64,000 nucleotides of DNA from Thalia democratica (lineage: Eukaryota): contig OZ241834.1 of the NCBI GenBank assembly GCA_965202585.1, positions 31,062,001 through 31,126,000 on the forward strand. The letters run 5' to 3'. Within the stretch, counting starts at the first letter, position 1. Each line of letters starts with the position of its first letter. Position numbers and translations under genes: made by a program. Under the pieces are notes generated by a model that saw nothing but the letters and a program-made list of their open reading frames with translations, was not told the DNA's origin and searched no databases. Positions 61,601 through 64,000 of the stretch are shown here, in pieces.

Positions 61601-64000
61601 AAAAAAAACAAATTTTTACTAACCTTACAACAGCAATCTGTGGTGCTTCTCTTTACAACTTTCCACAGTGAGCTAACGTTGTTCTTCTTCTCCACAGAGT
61701 AGCCCGTCACCCGGACTCCCCCGTCTTTCAACGGTTTCGACCACTCGAGGGTGGCAGAGTTCTTTGTTACGTCACAGACCAACAAGTTTGTTGGCGCGGA
61801 AGGAATGTCTGTTGGTTGTGATGAAACTTTTGAAGAATAAAAACTAAAACTTTAGAAAAGTAAATAAAATCGAAGTAGGATGTGTTTATTTAGAAATAGG
61901 ATTAGTATCAAATCTTAGGTCTAATCATTTATTTACAATGAAAATACAATTCAATTTTACTATTTGAACACTTTTTTTAAAACTTTAAACTACAAAAAGT
62001 TTCAGTTATAAAAAAATAGAGTACGTTTGCTGTTTGGTAACATTAAAAAGCTATATAAACTATAAATAAAGTTGTACTGTTCAAGTGTTTATCTTTATTA
62101 TCATCTAACTTAAAAATGCTTAAAGAAAAACTTCTGCTGACTGGTAAATAAGCACTTATATTTAGAAATATATTCATATAAACAGAGTTTAGAACAGCTA
62201 AAATTTTGTTTCAACTAAAAGAATAAAAAAGGTATATAAAACTTATGAAAAACGTAACTGTAAAGCTATTTTGAATGCAACAACTATCAGCAGTTTTTAA
62301 ACTATAAAAGTTGTAATAAAACAACGCTAATAATAAAAATCTATTAAATCAAATCAAGGTAACAAACTTGCCTGTATATTTATTTGTTGTATTACCAGTA
62401 TATAACGGTTATTTATAATTTTAAGTTGTGTAGATTTTTTTAACTTTAGACATGTTGCATAAAAGTTAAAAATAAAGTACTCGTTGTTAAGAGTTTTATC
62501 AAAAAAAATATCAAATTGTAGCTTAAAAAATTGTCATGTGAAGAAATAAATAGTGTTTTTTTTTTTTAATATAAGTTTAGTACATAGTTAAAGCGATTTT
62601 GTTAGACGCATAAAATGTTATTGAGCAAAAATAGTTCAGAGAGAACGTTGAGAAATGTTTAAGTTCTAAATTATATGTTTTGATAAAAATCTTTGTCGTA
62701 GCTAACTAAAAATAACGAATTTAGCTATGTTCTAAATTTAAACTACAAAGGTACTGAGAAAAAAAAGTTTGACTCAGACAAAAAGGCGCTTAGGAGTGTC
62801 TACAAACAAAGCATTCATCAAAATCACATAACAGCTAACCTAAAACAGACGCCATAATTTCTATTTTGTCTTCTCCATAACTGTTTGTTGCGGTAACATC
62901 ATATTTCCCTCCGTCATCGACTGCAACCGACTTCAAATTGAGCTTCACCGTCGAGTTCTCCCTGACAAATTCAACGTTGTCGCTGCCGACGACGCTGGTA
63001 ATGAATTTGTCGTCTCCAGCGCTCTGTGAATATGACAGGAAGGCTGTGATAATTGGTGACATTTGAGCTAACACCCGAGCGCGACCACTTGCTCGGCTTT
63101 CAGCGTTTGATTAATTGACTTGAAAGCCAAATTTGAACGCTGAACCTTTTGATTAACATTTAGCGCGCGCTTAGCTTCAGCTCGAGTTTTATTTGTGCAG
63201 CAGTTTTACTTATGCTCGAGTTGTATAACACCATCACTTCTTATGTAAATTATAGTACAGATTTATTTTTAAAGTTTTTGAATAACTTATAAAAATTAAA
63301 AGTCTAAACTAAAATAAAGAAAATTAAAAACATTCAAAACAACAAACTGTCTTTTTCCAACTGAACACGGGATCGGGAAACCCCAAATAAGCAACCACGA
63401 TCGAGTAGGGCTTGGAAGTCTTCATGACGACCTGGTCACTATCGTCAACCAATGTCAGAAGTTCCATCTTGGGCGGGCACGGAAAGCCGACCACGCATGT
63501 GGACTGGCAGGTCCTGTTCAACCGGGCCGTGTACCTACCCAGGTCGCCAGCACCAGCCTTGTTCACCACCAAGCTGTGCGTTTTTCCCTGTTGGCATGTA
63601 AAAATGATAAAATGAGAGGTACAAGTCGAAAGCAATCAAAAAATCAAAAAATGAAAATATTAAAAAGTGTGTTTTGCATTTAAATCAACTAAAAAGCGTA
63701 AATGTACAAACGGCTATGAAATTAACGTTATATATATAAAATAAAAACACAACGTTTTTTTTTTTTGGTTTTACCTAACTAATTGTTGTCCATTTGTACC
63801 TCACATTACACAAGTAGGTAAATCGATTACTTAAACATCTATTAATAGTGTTAAATTGAAAAGTATTAAATTTAACAGTATTAAAACATTCAATTAAGCC
63901 AGCAAACCTCAGCCGAGCACATGAGCTGGTGTTTCTCGCTGTTGCTTATTTCCTTGTCATTCAAAAGCCACTGGATTTTGTCGAGCTGGCTGATTTCGCA
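1..64000 (-). CDS. TTN: Titin/connectin gene, spliced, partial at both ends (distal I-band Ig, I/A junction, D-zone-like and C-zone super-repeats)
   Basis: 55 GT(GC)-AG exons chain with matching phases into one Ig/Fn3 reading frame. The Ig-Fn2-Ig-Fn3-Ig-Fn3 11-domain super-repeat is diagnostic of chordate titin rather than twitchin/projectin. Confidence 0.93.
4758..5502. repeat. Diverged intronic direct repeat (~130 bp; 4758-4892 and 5376-5502)
   Basis: Shared collinear blocks aaaactcttttcttaaa, ttacag..gtttgaagtat and gaccttagttt..aaacctt. Confidence 0.65.
5546..5800. repeat. 255-bp near-perfect palindrome (127-bp arms, 1-nt centre, 1 mismatch); foldback/MITE-like
   Basis: 5546-5672 is the reverse complement of 5674-5800 except 5582/5764. 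The termini read TA-CCACAGATG...CATCTGTGG-TA. Confidence 0.9.
6255..17653 (-). CDS. TTN: Titin giant exon (11,399 nt): about 3.5 C-zone 11-domain super-repeats
   Basis: ORF 6251..17638 (3795 aa). Acceptor tcttcag|ATAACC (phase 0), donor TACAG|gtgagt (phase 2). The ORF-track stop lies inside the donor. Confidence 0.96.
17932..18105 (-). CDS. TTN: Titin exon: Fn3 end / Fn3 start
   Basis: ccag|ATC..GAG|gtatgt, phase 0>0; IKAQNIEGFG...HDGGSE. Confidence 0.88.
18358..18646 (-). CDS. TTN: Titin exon: Fn3
   Basis: tcag|C..AGA|gttggt, phase 2>0; VKAENKQG...GNEYQFR. Confidence 0.88.
18890..19187 (-). CDS. TTN: Titin exon: Ig end / Fn3
   Basis: acag|GT..CG|gttggt, phase 1>2; GRYFVEAINKAG...DRKYQF. 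Confidence 0.88.
19338..19622 (-). CDS. TTN: Titin exon: Fn3 end / Ig
   Basis: aaag|GT..G|gtgaga, phase 1>1; SLSEPSEAS...EPNIEVV...TKKDS. Confidence 0.87.
19827..19841 (-). CDS. Candidate optional 15-nt microexon (AERCS)
   Basis: ttttaag|CCGAGCGCTGTTCCG|gtgagt, phase 1>1. It would need a 49-nt upstream intron. Confidence 0.4.
19891..20095 (-). CDS. TTN: Titin exon: Fn3
   Basis: acag|TAC..G|gttagc, phase 0>1; YGYDYVTIEC...EYEFRAIAKSYS. Confidence 0.86.
20365..20541 (-). CDS. TTN: Titin exon: Fn3 end / Fn3 start
   Basis: acag|AGA..GAC|gtaagt, phase 0>0; GLDRGLTYQFRILAENEVG. Confidence 0.87.
20758..21069 (-). CDS. TTN: Titin exon: Fn3 end / Fn3 start
   Basis: aaag|GAT..CAG|gtaaaa, phase 0>0; DSTWKRV...KNSIMWQ. 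Confidence 0.88.
21365..21585 (-). CDS. TTN: Titin exon: Ig end / Fn3 start
   Basis: ccag|AC..GAA|gtttcc, phase 1>0; CQLEDAGVY...KPGPPQGPIRV. Confidence 0.85.
21755..21959 (-). CDS. TTN: Titin exon: Ig
   Basis: ttag|ACG..G|gtgtgc, phase 0>1; TEPPSIDF...VRGQPRPTFIW. Confidence 0.86.
22165..22352 (-). CDS. TTN: Titin exon: Fn3 end
   Basis: acag|GC..GAT|gtgagc, phase 1>0; YVLETCE...LFRVRALNEKG. Confidence 0.86.
22657..22867 (-). CDS. TTN: Titin exon: Fn3 end / Fn3 start
   Basis: tcag|GTA..G|gtttgt, phase 0>1; VNKLKRGHRYKFRVFAENEYG. Confidence 0.88.
23246..23510 (-). CDS. TTN: Titin exon: Ig end / Fn3 start
   Basis: acag|T..ACC|gtcagt, phase 2>0; KDAGKY...APSPPRDLAV. Confidence 0.88.
24103..24260 (-). 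CDS. TTN: Titin exon: Ig
   Basis: atag|GTA..GC|gtgagt, phase 0>2; VKADKSFSIKASFKGTPTPKV. Confidence 0.85.
24419..24539 (-). CDS. TTN: Titin exon: Fn3 end / Ig start (contains an internal consensus donor at 24510)
   Basis: acag|A..AAG|gtaatt, phase 2>0; LAAVNEVGQGKFESLSG...ETKPTIK. Confidence 0.8.
24728..24950 (-). CDS. TTN: Titin exon: Fn3
   Basis: caag|GC..AG|gtatta, phase 1>2; EPQDVKLVDATENS. Confidence 0.86.
25147..25331 (-). CDS. TTN: Titin exon: Fn3 end
   Basis: gcag|T..A|gtaagc, phase 2>1; LREGSQLEFRVVARNVAG. Confidence 0.87.
25568..25824 (-). CDS. TTN: Titin exon: Fn3 end / Fn3 start
   Basis: tcag|CTT..AT|gtcagt, phase 0>2; YYVRVSAANQYG...PPGKPQAP. Confidence 0.86.
26019..26386 (-). 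CDS. TTN: Titin exon: Ig / Fn3 start
   Basis: acag|GT..GAC|gtaagt, phase 1>0; KPTPEVVWHKNG...SPDKPENL. Confidence 0.89.
26677..26846 (-). CDS. TTN: Titin exon: Fn3 end / Ig start
   Basis: gcag|G..G|gtgaga, phase 2>1; VRAKNAVG...KPRIELVD. Confidence 0.86.
27031..27469 (-). CDS. TTN: Titin exon: Fn3 end / Fn3
   Basis: gcag|GA..AG|gttcga, phase 1>2; NKIRGYMV...NHEYTF. Confidence 0.88.
27653..27854 (-). CDS. TTN: Titin exon: Fn3 end / Fn3 start
   Basis: gcag|GTT..G|gtaaac, phase 0>1; VRNLVRGTEYMFRIKAENRYG. Confidence 0.89.
28112..28312 (-). CDS. TTN: Titin exon: Fn3 start
   Basis: gcag|ATC..AAG|gtgata, phase 0>0; IIVLDKPSPPQGPIEF. Confidence 0.88.
28505..28701 (-). CDS. TTN: Titin exon: Ig
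   Basis: ccag|GA..AAA|gttggt, phase 1>0; YPHPTVRW...DSGKYFVEVQN. Confidence 0.86.
29119..29321 (-). CDS. TTN: Titin exon: Fn3 end / Ig start
   Basis: acag|G..G|gtgagt, phase 2>1; FDVKGLKEDCEYKFRV...APDVVF. Confidence 0.88.
29640..29950 (-). CDS. TTN: Titin exon: Fn3 end / Fn3 start
   Basis: tcag|GTA..AC|gtcagt, phase 0>2; MIPGREYLFRVRALNKKG. Confidence 0.88.
30280..30550 (-). CDS. TTN: Titin exon: Ig end / Fn3 start
   Basis: ccag|T..AAG|gtataa, phase 2>0; VLTIKDTDYTDTGTY...TPGPCSDLEV. Confidence 0.88.
30838..31073. repeat. MITE unit 1 with ~41-bp CCGGATCCGG-rich tandem subrepeats (right terminus truncated)
   Basis: Near-identical to 32357-32630 over about 200 bp. Three tandem copies of (t)tctaatttgaaaaaa..gtccggatccggttccggccgga. 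Confidence 0.85.
32357..32630. repeat. MITE unit 2 (complete, 274 bp) with tandem CCGG-rich subrepeats
   Basis: Left end TAATGATGTAGCGGAC, right end GTCCGGTACATCACTA; three to four ~41-bp subrepeats. Confidence 0.85.
32707..32732 (-). CDS. Candidate 26-nt microexon duplicating the 3' end of the upstream exon (TIKNTDNK)
   Basis: ttttag|ACCATTAAAAACACCGACAACAAGAG|gtaatt. It differs from 32849-32874 at three sites, all synonymous. Confidence 0.4.
32849..33121 (-). CDS. TTN: Titin exon: Fn3 end / first C-zone Ig
   Basis: acag|A..AG|gtgagt, phase 2>2; FRVLAHNEHG...APTVTFETK...GKPVPIAKW. Confidence 0.88.
33747..33951 (-). CDS. TTN: Titin exon: last D-zone-type Fn3; shared phase-1 acceptor for long and short isoforms
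   Basis: tttag|GT..AA|gttagt, phase 1>2; VPKAPSSPKIVRTTKETITITW...GLNPNSSY. Confidence 0.85.
34397..37091 (-). CDS. Alternative first coding exon: 898-aa Arg/Ser-rich, then Ser/Lys-rich low-complexity N-terminus of a short titin isoform
   Basis: ORF 34392..37091 starts at ATG with an in-frame TGA at 37107-37109 upstream. It ends at ATAC|gttagt (phase 1), in frame with exon 33747-33951. No Ig/Fn3 signature. Confidence 0.75.
37242..37560 (-). promoter_or_regulatory. Putative internal muscle promoter and short non-coding first exon
   Basis: Minus-strand TATAAA at 37349-37354. E-boxes CAGTTG 37492, CACGTG 37530, CATCTG 37549 and a CRE-like TGACGTG at 37512-37518. GC-richer island in an AT-rich intron; possible donor AAG|gtttta at 37241 and acceptor ctag at 37147. 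Confidence 0.5.
37947..38036. repeat. Short inverted repeat (24-bp arms, 1 mismatch, 42-nt spacer)
   Basis: acatggctatgcttatttctacat / atgtagaaataagcgtagccatgt. Confidence 0.75.
41662..41712 (-). CDS. TTN: 51-nt symmetric microexon (EAEEKGSEDFSASEAS) linking the D-zone exon to the C-zone
   Basis: ttaataacag|AAGAAG...TTCTC|gtaagt, phase 1>1, purine-rich, no stop. Confidence 0.7.
41857..51509 (-). CDS. TTN: Titin giant exon (9,653 nt): modified D-zone super-repeats with low-complexity linkers
   Basis: ORF 41846..51409 (3187 aa) extends to acceptor ttttcag|G at 51510 (phase 2). Donor GGCA|gtaaga at 41856 (phase 1) lies 8 nt before the TAG. Confidence 0.92.
51639..51753 (-). CDS. TTN: Titin exon: Fn3 start (6th of the Fn3x6 run)
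   Basis: atag|AA..TT|gtaagt, phase 1>2; KPSKPENLHLKSVTTEMIHVKW. Confidence 0.86.
52089..52197 (-). CDS. TTN: Titin exon: Fn3 end
   Basis: acag|ACA..A|gttagt, phase 0>1; LNHKVGYKFRVSAENEVG. Confidence 0.86.
52471..52803 (-). CDS. TTN: Titin exon: Fn3 end / Fn3 start
   Basis: acag|AAC..ACG|gtaaaa, phase 0>0; LKEGRTYEFRLSAFNQSG. Confidence 0.88.
52972..53212 (-). CDS. TTN: Titin exon: Fn3 end / Fn3 start, GC donor
   Basis: acag|A..AAG|gcgagt, phase 2>0; IVATNEAG...SWKTCSK. Confidence 0.82.
53428..53621 (-). CDS. TTN: Titin exon: Fn3
   Basis: acag|ATT..AG|gtgagc, phase 0>2; IANTSVRLTW...RQYQF. Confidence 0.86.
53795..53909 (-). CDS. TTN: Titin exon: Fn3 end / Fn3 start
   Basis: gcag|A..AAT|gtcagt, phase 2>0; VSSENETGTSEPS...IPEKPDTP. 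Confidence 0.85.
54097..54392 (-). CDS. TTN: Titin exon: Fn3 end / Fn3
   Basis: tcag|GTT..AG|gtgatt, phase 0>2; VQANNELG...LQEGKSYCF. Confidence 0.88.
54665..54894 (-). CDS. TTN: Titin exon: Fn3
   Basis: acag|AT..CAG|gttggc, phase 1>0; VSDVSDSSCVVSW...GLSEGETYQIQ. Confidence 0.86.
55336..55450 (-). CDS. TTN: Titin exon: Ig end / Fn3 start
   Basis: acag|ATT..A|gtaatt, phase 0>1; GNYQIKAENEFG...VFDKPARP. Confidence 0.85.
55865..56079 (-). CDS. TTN: Titin exon: Ig
   Basis: tcag|AC..CAC|gtaagt, phase 1>0; GPRITF...VTGDPLPEVTW. Confidence 0.87.
56238..56453 (-). CDS. TTN: Titin exon: Fn3 end
   Basis: gcag|GA..G|gtagtt, phase 1>1; LLTNKQYKFRVRALNSVG. Confidence 0.87.
56784..57039 (-). CDS. TTN: Titin exon: Fn3 end / Fn3 start
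   Basis: aaag|GTG..G|gtttgc, phase 0>1; MQEGETYRFRV...SDGGAPIT. Confidence 0.86.
58010..58158 (-). CDS. TTN: Titin exon: Fn3 start
   Basis: tcag|GC..GAG|gtaaaa, phase 1>0; APSSVV...TATSCKLAW. Confidence 0.85.
58455..58736 (-). CDS. TTN: Titin exon: Ig
   Basis: acag|GC..T|gttagt, phase 1>1; SPRINKQ...EGTYRLVAKNQIG. Confidence 0.87.
59444..59603 (-). CDS. TTN: Titin exon: Fn3 end
   Basis: tcag|CTG..T|gtaagt, phase 0>1; EGSKYIYRVITNNTSGDSEPS. Confidence 0.85.
59940..60097 (-). CDS. TTN: Titin exon: Fn3 start
   Basis: ccag|GT..AAG|gtatct, phase 1>0; KPSTPFDV...VKWLHE. Confidence 0.84.
60353..60516 (-). CDS. TTN: Titin exon: Fn3 end
   Basis: ttag|A..A|gtgaga, phase 2>1; WKKVN...YEFKVQAENSEG. 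Confidence 0.85.
60774..60915 (-). CDS. TTN: Titin exon: Fn3 start
   Basis: tcag|AG..AA|gtaagt, phase 1>2; TPLLPQNFKV...FDGGSPIKGY. Confidence 0.86.
60971..61085 (-). CDS. TTN: Titin exon: Fn3 end (followed by a 55-nt intron)
   Basis: ccag|ATC..G|gtttgt, phase 0>1; LVEGQKFMFRVASFNEVG. Confidence 0.86.
61624..61808 (-). CDS. TTN: Titin exon: first Fn3 of the I/A junction
   Basis: acag|AC..AAG|gttagt, phase 1>0; IPSAPTNL...KDGGVRVTGY. Confidence 0.87.
62840..63023 (-). CDS. TTN: Titin exon: Ig end
   Basis: acag|AGC..G|gttagc, phase 0>1; DDGGKYDVTATNSYG. Confidence 0.85.
63348..63587 (-). CDS. TTN: Titin exon: I-band-type Ig end / Ig start
   Basis: acag|GGA..ACA|gtttgt, phase 0>0; GKTHSLVV...DLGRYTA...GFPDPVFSW. 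Confidence 0.85.
63908..64000 (-). CDS. TTN: Titin exon (partial): I-band-type Ig
   Basis: CEISQLDKIQWLLNDKEI...SAE|gtttgc, phase 0 end; runs off the window. Confidence 0.8.

Noticed and set aside
1-64000. Assignment as twitchin/projectin, obscurin or MyBP-C
   Set aside because: The Ig-Fn2-Ig-Fn3-Ig-Fn3 period, the six-Fn3 run and the size match chordate titin. Twitchin/projectin use Fn-Fn-Ig repeats.

Overview
Eukaryotic genomic DNA with very AT-rich introns and GC-richer exons. The whole window is the interior of one minus-strand chordate-type titin/connectin gene, open at both ends. By hand I traced a phase-consistent chain of 55 coding exons, including giant exons of 9,653 nt and 11,399 nt and a final exon of at least 4,640 nt that the ORF track misses because it runs off the edge. 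In transcript order the encoded domains are: the end of the tandem-Ig I-band; an I/A junction (Fn3x3-Ig-Fn3x2-Ig-Fn3x6); about 4.5 D-zone-like 7-domain super-repeats in which the third domain is replaced by a low-complexity linker; then six complete and one partial C-zone 11-domain super-repeats. No kinase, PEVK or Z-disc region is in view. The most striking feature is a 2.7-kb exon (34397-37091) inside the long intron before the last D-zone Fn3. It cannot join upstream exons in frame through a normal acceptor, has its own ATG, a TATA box and an E-box/CRE cluster upstream, encodes 898 aa of Arg/Ser-rich sequence, and splices in frame to the C-zone. This looks like an internally initiated short titin, analogous to vertebrate Cronos but at a different position and with a large novel N-terminus. 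Also present are candidate microexons (51, 26 and 15 nt), a GC-AG intron, a composite hAT-type element with an exact 8-bp target duplication, and a 255-bp near-perfect intronic palindrome. The host is probably an invertebrate chordate such as a tunicate (inference only). All splice models are manual predictions without RNA support.
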